Origin: an uncultured Gemmatimonadaceae bacterium
GTDB taxonomy: Bacteria > Gemmatimonadota > Gemmatimonadetes > Gemmatimonadales > Gemmatimonadaceae
DNA: 64,000 nucleotides
Assembly (NCBI GenBank): GCA_963843845.1
Contig: CAWJMB010000002.1
Coordinates: forward strand, 2,464,001-2,528,000
Direction of reading: 5' to 3'
A model generated the notes under the pieces. The model did not search any database, was not told the DNA's origin, and saw nothing but the letters and a program-made list of their open reading frames with translations. Shown piece by piece: positions 53,303-64,000 of the stretch (position 1 is the first letter of the stretch; each line of letters starts with the position of its first letter). A program made the translations under genes and the position numbers.

Positions 53303-54061
53303 TCAGCCGGAGGATGGGAGGGCGCCGGCGTGGTGCACCTGCACGAGCACGGCGGTGATGTTGTCGAGCCCGCCCCGTCCGTTCGCCTCGGCGATCAGCG
53401 CGTCGACGAGTCGGCGCGGTGGGGCGTTCGACGCGAGGAGCTGCTGCAGACGCCGGTCGTCGACCATCCCGGTCAGCCCGTCGCTCGCGACGAGGAACAC
53501 GTCGCCGGCCTGGATCGTTCCGGAGAACACGTCCGGCTCGACCGAGTCGTTCGCGCCGACGCACCGCGTGATGACGTTGGAGTAGGGGTGATACCGCGCC
53601 TGCTCCGGCGTCAGGAACCCCGCGTCGACCTGCTCCTGCACGTAGGAGTGGTCTTTCGTGAGCTGCCGCAGCCCGCCGTCCCGCAGGAGGTAGACGCGGG
53701 AGTCGCCGACCTGCCCGATCACGTAGCCGGCGTCGGACACCAGCAGCACGGACGCCGTCGTTCCCATCCCCTGCTTGTCCGATTCGAGCACCGTCCGGCG
53801 ATAGATCGCCTCGTTCGCCCGGCGGAGCGCGCTGGCGACGCGGATCGGAGCGTCGGGAGCGTCGGCGGTCGCGATGACGCTGAGCTCGTCGGAGATGATC
53901 GCCACCGCCATCTCGCTCGCCACTTCTCCGGCGGCGTGTCCCCCCATGCCGTCAGCGACGATGAAGAGTCCGCGCCCCTCGGACGCATCGACGTAGAGAC
54001 TGTCTTCGTTCCCCGAGCGGATGCGACCGACATCCGTGCGAGCGGCCACGGAAAGCTGCAC
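53303..54061 (-). CDS. PP2C-type Ser/Thr phosphatase (Stp1/PrpC family)
   Basis: TDVGRIRSGNEDS, VADGMGGHAAGEVAS, MGTT, VGDSRVY, SDGLT, GGLDNIT. Confidence 0.95.
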   Translation of the reverse strand: MQLSVAARTDVGRIRSGNEDSLYVDASEGRGLFIVADGMGGHAAGEVASEMAVAIISDELSVIATADAPDAPIRVASALRRANEAIYRRTVLESDKQGMGTTASVLLVSDAGYVIGQVGDSRVYLLRDGGLRQLTKDHSYVQEQVDAGFLTPEQARYHPYSNVITRCVGANDSVEPDVFSGTIQAGDVFLVASDGLTGMVDDRRLQQLLASNAPPRRLVDALIAEANGRGGLDNITAVLVQVHHAGALPSSG

Positions 54062-54234
54062 TAGCGAATGGGCGCGGCGGTGGGGAGCACGAGGTCGAAA
54101 GCGGTCGGGTCGGGATCGCGCGACGACGCCCGGCCGGACGCCCGGGTGGAGTCGAAACTACCCGGGGCTCAGAGGGCTGGCAAGCGCGGCCGACGTGCCG
54201 CGCGTCCGCAGCGTCGGTACCCGCACGACGCACG

Positions 54235-56073
54235 TCATGCGGCGTTCGCCGTTCCGACCTGCAGACGATACAGCCGCTCGTAGAGGCCGCGCCGTCCGAG
54301 CAGCTCCGCGTGCGTGCCGCGCTCGACGACCTGCCCGTGATGCAGCACCAGGATCTGTGCGGCGTCGACGATCGTCGTCAGGCGGTGCGCGATCGCGATC
54401 GTCGTGCGCCCCAGCATGAGTCTCGCGAGCGCGTCCTGGATCTGCGCCTCCGATTCGCTGTCGATCGCGCTCGTCGCCTCGTCGAGCAGCAGCACCGCCG
54501 GGTCGGCCGCGACGGCGCGCGCGAACGCGAGGAGCTGCCGCTCGCCGACGCTGAGCGACGCGCCGCGCTCGCCGAGCGGATACGCCAGACCACCCGGGAG
54601 GCGGGCGACGATGCGGTCGGCGCCGACGGCGGCGAGCGCGGCGTCGACGTCGGCACGCGGGTTGGCGAGTCGCACGTTGGACGCGACGTCGCCGGCGAAC
54701 AGGAAGATGTCCTGCTGCACGTGCCCGATCAGCCCGCGCAGCTCGCTCAGCGCGAGGTCGCGAACGTCGAGCGCGACGCCGTCCGCGCCGGCGATCGTGA
54801 TGCGCCCCCGCTGCGGCTCGTAGAAGCGCATGAGCAGGTTGACGATCGTCGACTTGCCGGCGCCGGTGTGTCCGACGAGGGCGAGCGTCTCTCCGGGGCG
54901 CGCGGTGAACGAGACGCCGCGAAGCACCCACTCCGGCGCCGGCGAAGGATCGCCGTAGTGAAACCAGACGTCGTCGAAGCGCACGGTGATCGGCGCGACG
55001 ACCCGGGATTCGGGGCTCGGGCCCCGATCGGTTCCCGACACGCGAGTCCCCGGTCCCGATTCCGGGCGCTCATCACCGACTGGGGTATCCAGCAGCCCGA
55101 ACGTCCGCTCCGCCGCGGCCATCGCCGCCTGCAGGATGTTGTACTTCTCGGAGAGATCCTGCAGGGGCTGGAAGAAGCGCCGCACGAGCTGGATGAACGC
55201 GGCCACCGTGCCGACCGAGAGGTCGTGTCCGCCGACCCGGCCGGCCGCGGCGACGAGCACGGCGGCCAGTGCGATCGTGGTCAGCACCTCGACGACCGGG
55301 AAATACAGCGAGTAGATGCGGATCGACCGGAGGTGCGCGTCGAGGTGCGAGCGGTTCAGCGCCGCGAAGCGCCGCTCCTCCGCCTGCTCCCGCCCGAACG
55401 CCTGCACGACGCGCATCCCGGTCAGCCGTTCCTGCAAGAACGCGTTGATCCGCGCGAGCTGCGTCCGGATCTCGCGATACGCCGTGCGCACGCGCGATTG
55501 GAAGGCGCGCGAGACGAGCACGACGAGCGGGACCGCAGCGAGCGCGGTCAACGCCAGACGCCAGTCGACGACGAACATCATGCCGGCGATCGCCAGCAGC
55601 GTGAACAGATCGCCGAGTCCGGCGACCACACCACTCGTGAACAGTTCGTTCAGCGCCTCGACGTCCGACGTGACGCGGGTGACGAGGCGCCCCACCGGCT
55701 GGCGGTCGAAGTACGCGACGGGCAGTCGCTGCAGCCGCGCGAACACCGCCTCGCGGAGGTCGCGCATCACGCGCTGCCCGAGCAACGCCGTCAGCACGGT
55801 GTCGCCGAAGCCGAGCGCGAACTGCGTGAGCAGCACGCCGACGAACAGCAGGGCGGCACGCTGCACCCCGGCCACGTCCCCCGCCGGGAGCGCTACATCG
55901 ACGACCCACCGCGTGAGCGCGGGCCCGGCGAGCTGCAGCACGCCGTCCACGCAGAGCAGCAGCACCGCGCCGCTCGCGAGCCCCACGTACGGCCGGACGT
56001 ATGCGAGCAGCCGCCGGGCGAGCCGCGCGTCGTACGAGGCGCCACGCAGGTCGTCATCGTGTGCGTTCGTCAC
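54235..56073 (-). CDS. ABC exporter, fused TMD + ATPase (MsbA/MdlB-like)
   Basis: TMD with VGRLVTRVTSDV; GHTGAGKST, LSVGERQLLAFARA, LLDEATS, IAHRL. Confidence 0.93.
   Translation of the reverse strand: MTNAHDDDLRGASYDARLARRLLAYVRPYVGLASGAVLLLCVDGVLQLAGPALTRWVVDVALPAGDVAGVQRAALLFVGVLLTQFALGFGDTVLTALLGQRVMRDLREAVFARLQRLPVAYFDRQPVGRLVTRVTSDVEALNELFTSGVVAGLGDLFTLLAIAGMMFVVDWRLALTALAAVPLVVLVSRAFQSRVRTAYREIRTQLARINAFLQERLTGMRVVQAFGREQAEERRFAALNRSHLDAHLRSIRIYSLYFPVVEVLTTIALAAVLVAAAGRVGGHDLSVGTVAAFIQLVRRFFQPLQDLSEKYNILQAAMAAAERTFGLLDTPVGDERPESGPGTRVSGTDRGPSPESRVVAPITVRFDDVWFHYGDPSPAPEWVLRGVSFTARPGETLALVGHTGAGKSTIVNLLMRFYEPQRGRITIAGADGVALDVRDLALSELRGLIGHVQQDIFLFAGDVASNVRLANPRADVDAALAAVGADRIVARLPGGLAYPLGERGASLSVGERQLLAFARAVAADPAVLLLDEATSAIDSESEAQIQDALARLMLGRTTIAIAHRLTTIVDAAQILVLHHGQVVERGTHAELLGRRGLYERLYRLQVGTANAA
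55002..55067. repeat. heptamer-built palindromic element, degenerate copy 5 (ABC exporter TMD-NBD linker)
   Basis: CGGGATT CGGGGCT CGGG CCCCGAT ... CCCGACA CGCGAGT CCCCGGT CCCGATT; encodes RPESGPGTRVSGTDRGPSPESR. Confidence 0.55.
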
Positions 56074-56078
56074 GCGGG

Positions 56079-56094
56079 TGGCACCGCGGTTGCA
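56079..56094 (+). promoter_or_regulatory. sigma54 (-24/-12) promoter upstream of the GlsB-family gene
   Basis: TGGCAC-CGCGG-TTGCA, matching the TGGCAC-N5-TTGC consensus. Confidence 0.7.
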
Positions 56095-56142
56095 CCGTCA
56101 TCCTCGACACAGGCACGGCCACATCTCTCGGAGGCATCAGAT

Positions 56143-56406
56143 ATGAGCATTCTCGCTTGGATCATACTCGGGCTCATCGCGGGCGCGCTGGCGAAGGCCA
56201 TCATGCCGGGGCGCGACCCGGGGGGAATCATCGTGACGATGCTGATCGGGATCGTCGGCGCGGTCATCGGCGGCTACCTCGGCCAGATGCTGCTCGGGAC
56301 GGGAACCGTGTCGGGGCTGGACATCCGGAGCATCATCATCGCATTCGTCGGCGCAGTGCTGCTGCTGTGGATCTACCGCATGGCGACCGGACGGCGGACC
56401 ACCTGA
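56143..56406 (+). CDS. GlsB/YeaQ/YmgE family stress-response membrane protein
   Basis: MSILAWIILGLIAGALAKAIMPGRDPGGIIVTMLIGIVGAVIGG...AFVGAVLLLWIYR; GGAGG SD. Confidence 0.92.
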   Translation: MSILAWIILGLIAGALAKAIMPGRDPGGIIVTMLIGIVGAVIGGYLGQMLLGTGTVSGLDIRSIIIAFVGAVLLLWIYRMATGRRTT

Positions 56407-56425
56407 CGTCGACGCGCCGCGAATG

Positions 56426-56441
56426 TTCGGCTAATCTTCGG
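56426..56441 (+). promoter_or_regulatory. TTCGG-N6-TTCGG direct repeat overlapping a TAATCT -10 box just before uvrA (candidate SOS box)
   Basis: TTCGG CTAATC TTCGG TC ATG. Confidence 0.55.
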
Positions 56442-56443
56442 TC

Positions 56444-59359
<2,916 letters not shown>

Positions 59360-59383
59360 CCGCGCGGGGCGCCCGGCTTCGGG

Positions 59384-59412
59384 TTGACGCTCTCGCCAGC
59401 CCCCGCTATATT
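59384..59412 (+). promoter_or_regulatory. sigma70-type promoter for tRNA-Asn
   Basis: TTGACG-N17-TATATT. Confidence 0.8.
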
Positions 59413-59471
59413 GCGTGTTCTGTTCGGACGTCGTAAGTGCTTGCAGGTACGCTCGTTACGCGTCCGACCGA

Positions 59472-59544
59472 TCCCAGGTAGCTCAGCCGGTAGAGCGCTC
59501 GACTGTTAATCGAGTGGTCGTGGGTTCGAGTCCCACCCTGGGAG
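59472..59544 (+). tRNA. tRNA-Asn(GTT)
   Basis: TCCCAGGTAGCTCAGCCGGTAGAGCGCTCGACTGTTAATCGAGTGGTCGTGGGTTCGAGTCCCACCCTGGGAG; anticodon GTT; no encoded CCA. Confidence 0.96.
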
Positions 59545-59547
59545 CTG

Positions 59548-59585
59548 CGACGGCGTGGCGTTCGTAGTCGAACGCCACGCCGTCG
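59548..59585. terminator. 17-bp hairpin after tRNA-Asn, between convergent genes
   Basis: cgacggcgtggcgttcg-tagt-cgaacgccacgccgtcg, then tgcgttt. Confidence 0.75.
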
Positions 59586-59591
59586 TGCGTT

Positions 59592-60521
59592 TCACGGCAC
59601 CGCGATGAAGGTGTCGTACGCGTCGAGCTGCTCCGCGCGCAGCGTTCGCCGGCCTGCAGACGACGCGAGGAACTCCACGAAGCGCTCGCCGAGCGCGGCG
59701 TGGGCGGCGCGCGTCGGGACGGCGAGCGCGTAGACGATCGGCTCGCCTCGAATGGTCAGCGTGTCGCCACGTCCGCGCCCCGGCACCCGCACCGTCGCCG
59801 TCGCGTAGGTCGCCGAGTCCGCGACGGTGCCGAGGTCGCTGTCGGGGGGCAGCGTGAGGTATTGCAGCTTCGCGGCGCGCGCGAGATTCTCGTACGTCCA
59901 GACGTAGTCCAGCTCACCCGCCTCGACGAGCGGGATCTGATCGGACTCGCGAGGCCGCACGTTTCGCTCGGGTGCCGAGGCGAGCAGCCGATGGGCGAGC
60001 CCAGGCACGGCGTAGTGGCGTTCGAGCAGCTGGAAGGTGAGCAGCGTGCGGTACCCGCTCGGATCGGTCGCCGGATCCGCCCGTCCGACCTCGACACCCG
60101 GGCGTTCGAGCAGCTCCCACCAGCGTGGGGAGCGCCCCACGTCCGCGGCGCCCTTCGCCCGAGCGCCGTAGGCGAGCACGATGCGATTGCGGGCGAAGAG
60201 CGTGTACTGCGCGATGTGGGTCGGCACCAGGAGCGACGAGAACACGGCGCGGTCGGCGAGGAGGATCACGTCCGGCGCCTGGCCGAGTTCGGTCATGCGC
60301 CGTGCGAGCTCGAGACTCGACTGCGACTCGAGCGCGTAGCGCACGCCTGCGCGAGCCGCGAAGGAGTCGAGTGCCGCGCGCACCGGACGCTGGATACTTC
60401 CGGCGGCCCACACGGTGAGCGTCGGCGACCCCGCCTCCCCGCTGCGTTCGCACGCCGCCTCCAGCACCGCGCCGAGCAGCGCGGCGAGGACCATCACGAT
60501 TCGAGTGCCGGGGACGCGCAT
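59592..60521 (-). CDS. tungstate/molybdate ABC substrate-binding protein (WtpA/ModA-like)
   Basis: [60 protein letters not shown]. Start at ATG 60521. Confidence 0.8.
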   Translation of the reverse strand: MRVPGTRIVMVLAALLGAVLEAACERSGEAGSPTLTVWAAGSIQRPVRAALDSFAARAGVRYALESQSSLELARRMTELGQAPDVILLADRAVFSSLLVPTHIAQYTLFARNRIVLAYGARAKGAADVGRSPRWWELLERPGVEVGRADPATDPSGYRTLLTFQLLERHYAVPGLAHRLLASAPERNVRPRESDQIPLVEAGELDYVWTYENLARAAKLQYLTLPPDSDLGTVADSATYATATVRVPGRGRGDTLTIRGEPIVYALAVPTRAAHAALGERFVEFLASSAGRRTLRAEQLDAYDTFIAVP

Positions 60522-60603
60522 GGGCCGAATGATACCCGTCCGGGATCCGCTGCCCACGCTCCGGCGCGCCGGATATCTTGCCCGCGAACTCTCTCCGCCC
60601 GTC

Positions 60604-61146
60604 ATGCCATCGCACCGTCCGGCAGCACTCGACTCGACCGAAGCCCCGCCGTCGCCCATTCCCCTGGTCGGCGTCGTCATGGGCAGCGCGAGCGACTGGA
60701 GCGTCCTCGGCCCGGCGTGCGAGACGCTCGCTGAGCTGCACGTGCCGTACGAGGCACGCGTGGTGTCGGCGCATCGCACGCCGGACTGGCTGTTCGAGTA
60801 TGCGGAGTCGGCGGAGGCGCGCGGCCTCAAGGTGATCATCGCCGGCGCTGGCGGCGCCGCGCACCTCCCCGGGATGCTCGCGGCGAAGACGCTCGTTCCG
60901 ATCCTGGGAGTGCCGGTGCCGGCGACGATGTTGAACGGCATCGACTCGCTGCTCTCGATCGTGCAGATGCCGGCGGGCGTCCCGGTCGGCACGCTCGCGA
61001 TCGGGAAGCCCGGCGCGATCAACGCCGCGCTCTTCGCCGCGCAGATGCTCGCGGCGACCGATCCGGCGCTACGGCAGCGGCTCGCCGAACGCCGTGCGGC
61101 ACGCGAGGCGGATGTGTTGGGGCAGTCGCTTCCCCCCGTCGCGTGA
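60604..61146 (+). CDS. purE: N5-CAIR mutase
   Basis: [51 protein letters not shown]. Confidence 0.96.
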   Translation: MPSHRPAALDSTEAPPSPIPLVGVVMGSASDWSVLGPACETLAELHVPYEARVVSAHRTPDWLFEYAESAEARGLKVIIAGAGGAAHLPGMLAAKTLVPILGVPVPATMLNGIDSLLSIVQMPAGVPVGTLAIGKPGAINAALFAAQMLAATDPALRQRLAERRAAREADVLGQSLPPVA

Positions 61147-62330
61147 GCGCGTCACCGATCCTTCCGGGCGCCACGATCGGGATCTTCGGCGGCGGACAGC
61201 TCGGTCGGATGACCGGGCTCGCGGCGCTGTCGATGGGCTACCGCGTGCATGTGCTCGATCCCGATCCCGACTGCGCCGCCGGCGCGATCGCGGCGCGCGT
61301 CATCACCGCGCGATTCGACGACGTCGACGCCGCCGCCGAGCTGGCGCGCGGCTCGGACGTCGTGACGCTCGAGATCGAGCAGATCGCGCGCGCGTCGATC
61401 GAGGCCGCCGAGTCGCACGCGCCGGTGCGGCCGGGTGCGGGGCCGATCTGGATCGTGCAGGACCGCGTCCGCCAGAAGACGTGGCTGCATGCGCACGACT
61501 TCCCGGTCGGCCCGTTCCGCGCCGCCGAGGGCGAGGAGGACGTCGTGGAGACCGTGCAGGCGTTGGGCGCCTGCATCGTGAAGTCGGCGCACGGCGGCTA
61601 CGACGGCCGCGGGCAGGCGCACGTCGAGCGCGCGAGCGACGCGCGCGCGGCGTGGCAGGCGGTCGGCGCGCGGCGCAGCGTCGTCGAGCAGCGGCTCACG
61701 CTGGACTACGAGATCTCGGTGCTCGTCGCGCGGCGGCCGGGCGGGCAGATGGCGGTGTACCCCCCGGCGCGGAATCACCACACGCGCGGCGTGCTCACCT
61801 GGTCGGTGCTCCCGGCCGCGATCCCGCGCGACGTGGGCCGTGAGGCCGCCGAGATCGCGTTGGGCATCGCCGAGGAGTTGGAGGTCGTCGGCCTGCTCGC
61901 CGTCGAGATGTTCGTACTCGCCGACGGGCGGCTACTCGTCAACGAGCTCGCGCCCCGCCCGCACAACACCTACCACGCGTCGGAGCGCGCCTGCGCGACG
62001 AGTCAGTTCGAGCAGCTGGTGCGCGCGGTGTGCGACCTGCCGCTCGGCGCTCCGACGCCGACGAGCGTCGGCGCGATCGCGAATCTCCTCGGCGATCTCT
62101 GGGTCGGTGGCACGCCGCCCGACGCGCTCGCCGCGCTGAGCGAGCCGGCGGTGCGCCTCCACCTGTACGGCAAGCGCGACGCGCGTCCGGGGCGGAAGAT
62201 GGGGCACCTCTCGACCGTCGGCGCGACGCCCGACGAAGCGCTGCGCCGCGTCTGCGATGCGTACGACCGCTTTCGACCCGCCGACGCCGCATCCATCGAG
62301 CGCGCGGCAGGTAGCGTCACCGCCAGCTAG
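61143..62330 (+). CDS. purK: N5-CAIR synthase
   Basis: [44 protein letters not shown]...RKMGH. Confidence 0.96.
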   Translation: MSASPILPGATIGIFGGGQLGRMTGLAALSMGYRVHVLDPDPDCAAGAIAARVITARFDDVDAAAELARGSDVVTLEIEQIARASIEAAESHAPVRPGAGPIWIVQDRVRQKTWLHAHDFPVGPFRAAEGEEDVVETVQALGACIVKSAHGGYDGRGQAHVERASDARAAWQAVGARRSVVEQRLTLDYEISVLVARRPGGQMAVYPPARNHHTRGVLTWSVLPAAIPRDVGREAAEIALGIAEELEVVGLLAVEMFVLADGRLLVNELAPRPHNTYHASERACATSQFEQLVRAVCDLPLGAPTPTSVGAIANLLGDLWVGGTPPDALAALSEPAVRLHLYGKRDARPGRKMGHLSTVGATPDEALRRVCDAYDRFRPADAASIERAAGSVTAS

Positions 62331-62416
62331 CGGCCCCGCCCTTGCGACGGGGCGGCGCATCAGACGCGGCTCCACTCGGTCACCGCGGTCGTCACCTTCT
62401 CGATCCGATCTGCACG

Positions 62417-63016
62417 ATGCGCACGATTCGAACGCTCGCTACGCTCGTCCCGCTCGCCGCACTCGCCGCGTGTGCGTCGGGGTCCGGTCAGGGGGGCCCG
62501 AACGGCCGCGGCGGCCGGCCGGGTGGTCCTGGCCGGATGGGGAACGATTCGATTCCCATGGCGGCACCCAACACCACCGCGCGAGCCGAGCTGCGCGACG
62601 CGAACGGCAACAGCGTCGGCAGCGTGGCGTTCACGCAGACGCGAGGCGGGGTGCTCGTGACCGCGGACCTGACGAACCTCCCGGCCGGCAGGCACGCGAT
62701 CCACGTGCACGACACCGGACGGTGCGAGGCGCCGTTCACGACGGCCGGCGGGCACTACAACCCGACGATGCGGTCGCACGGATACCGCTCCCAGATGCCG
62801 CACCACGCGGGTGACCTTCCGAACTTCCTGATCGCCGCGAACGGCACCGGCCGCGTCGAGGCGCTCGGCCGCGACCTGTCGCTCGTGCCGGGTCCCGTCG
62901 GGTTGTTCGACGCGGACGGCGCATCGGTCGTCGTCCACGCCGACGCCGACGATTATGCCAGCGAACCCGCGGGCAATTCGGGCAATCGCATCGCCTGCGG
63001 CGTGATCGCTCGCTGA
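62417..63016 (+). CDS. sodC: Cu/Zn superoxide dismutase family lipoprotein
   Basis: Lipobox LAAC; HAIHVH, GRC, AGGHYNP, HAGDLPN, VVVHADADD, GNSGNRIACGVI. Start at ATG 62417. Confidence 0.9.
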   Translation: MRTIRTLATLVPLAALAACASGSGQGGPNGRGGRPGGPGRMGNDSIPMAAPNTTARAELRDANGNSVGSVAFTQTRGGVLVTADLTNLPAGRHAIHVHDTGRCEAPFTTAGGHYNPTMRSHGYRSQMPHHAGDLPNFLIAANGTGRVEALGRDLSLVPGPVGLFDADGASVVVHADADDYASEPAGNSGNRIACGVIAR

Positions 63017-63171
63017 CAGAGCACCGCGCGATAATCGTGTAGCGGAACGCTCCGCGGCACGGTCCTGGTAACCGCTCTCGCCTTCGTGGCGTGGGCGGTT
63101 TCGTGCATTCGCCCTCCCCGACCGCGCAGCGCGGCACGCGCGACGAGCGCAATCTTCAGGAGGAGTGCTTC

Positions 63172-64000
63172 ATGGCAGCATCGACAGCGGACACGGCCGT
63201 CGGCCCGCGGACCCGCACGCGCCAACGCAACGGCGCGCAACGCAACATCAACGATCTCGAGCGGCTCGCGTCGGTCGCCGTCGGCGGGGTGCTCGCGGCG
63301 CTCGCGCTTCGGCGCCGCAGCGTTCCAGGGCTGGCCATCGGTGCGCTCGGTGGGGCGCTCGTGCGCCGCGGAGTGACCGGGCACTGCGATCTGTACCAGG
63401 CGATCGGCGTGAGCACGGCGGACGCGCCGCAGACGGTCACACGGCAGCACGGCGCGGCGGCGGTGCTCGAGGCGAGCGGCGCACAGCGTGTGGAACGGAG
63501 CGTCACGATCTTCGGCAAGTCGCCGAGCGAGCTGTTCGCCTTCTGGCGCGACTTCACCAACTTGCCGCGCGTCATGAAGCACCTCGAGTCGGTCGAGGTG
63601 CAGAGCGACACGCGCTCGCGCTGGACGGCGAAGGCGCCGGCCGGCCGTACCGTGTCGTGGGACGCGGAGGTCTACAACGAGCTCCCCGACGAACTCATCG
63701 CGTGGCGGTCGCTCGACGGCGCGATGGTGCCGAACGCGGGGTCCGTGCGCTTCAAGGCGCTCTCCGCGGGGCGCGGCACGGAAGTGAAGGTCGTGCTCGA
63801 GTACGATGCGCCGGGCGGCGCGTTAGGCACTCTCGTCGCGAAGCTGTTCGGCGAGGAGCCGGACGTGCAGGTGCGCGAGGACCTGCGCCGATTCAAGGCA
63901 CTGATGGAGGCGGGCGAGATCCCCGTCAGCGAGAACCCCGGCAGCGGTGTGCCGGCGCGCGAGACGTGGGACGGCCGCGCGAATCAGGACGCGAAAGTAC
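63172..64000 (+). CDS. DUF2892-like N-terminus + SRPBCC/polyketide-cyclase domain protein (runs off the window)
   Basis: Own translation from ATG 63172 (SD AGGAGG): NINDLERLAS...RGVTGHCDLY...FWRDFTNLPRVMKHLESV...WDAEV...IAWRSL...NAGSVRF...EDLRRFKALMEAGE. Confidence 0.85.
   Translation, partial: MAASTADTAVGPRTRTRQRNGAQRNINDLERLASVAVGGVLAALALRRRSVPGLAIGALGGALVRRGVTGHCDLYQAIGVSTADAPQTVTRQHGAAAVLEASGAQRVERSVTIFGKSPSELFAFWRDFTNLPRVMKHLESVEVQSDTRSRWTAKAPAGRTVSWDAEVYNELPDELIAWRSLDGAMVPNAGSVRFKALSAGRGTEVKVVLEYDAPGGALGTLVAKLFGEEPDVQVREDLRRFKALMEAGEIPVSENPGSGVPARETWDGRANQDAKV

Noticed and set aside
59472..59600. Genomic island integrated at tRNA-Asn (or tRNA-Ile)
   Set aside because: No integrase follows either tRNA, and I saw no duplicated tRNA 3' end in the window.

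Overview
GC-rich bacterial chromosomal window. The 16S sequence and gene content fit Gemmatimonadota (my recognition, not a database result). Most genes are core functions: paaABC plus an enoyl-CoA hydratase, a deoxyhypusine-synthase-like gene, typA, pilT, pdxA, two SurA/PrsA-type PPIases, mfd, and a long + strand run from lepA through a GT9 transferase, ROK and PfkB kinases, ftsEX, envC, nfo, maeB and pckA. uvrA, purEK and sodC follow near the end. RNA genes are a stand-alone 16S rRNA with no 23S, tRNA-Ile(GAT) and tRNA-Asn(GTT). I found no CRISPR array, integrase, transposase or prophage. The leading candidate for an undescribed system is at 3.1-7.7 kb. It comprises an OppA-like peptide-binding lipoprotein, a ZU5-like lipoprotein ending in a putative autoproteolytic HF|S motif plus the heptapeptide SGYIAEW, and a cytoplasmic TPR-HD-GYP-degenerate GGDEF protein; I hypothesise a peptide-signalled c-di-GMP switch. 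Other notable signals: a dismantled rRNA operon; an extra UUCG hairpin in 16S helix 22; a heptamer-built palindromic repeat found inside coding sequences; a shared TTCGG direct repeat at the uvrA and Rad52-like promoters; a STAS-kinase/STAS-wHTH pair; and a hyperacidic protein between typA and the 16S promoter. Nine apparent +1 frameshifts between 30.5 and 51.4 kb are most likely sequencing errors.
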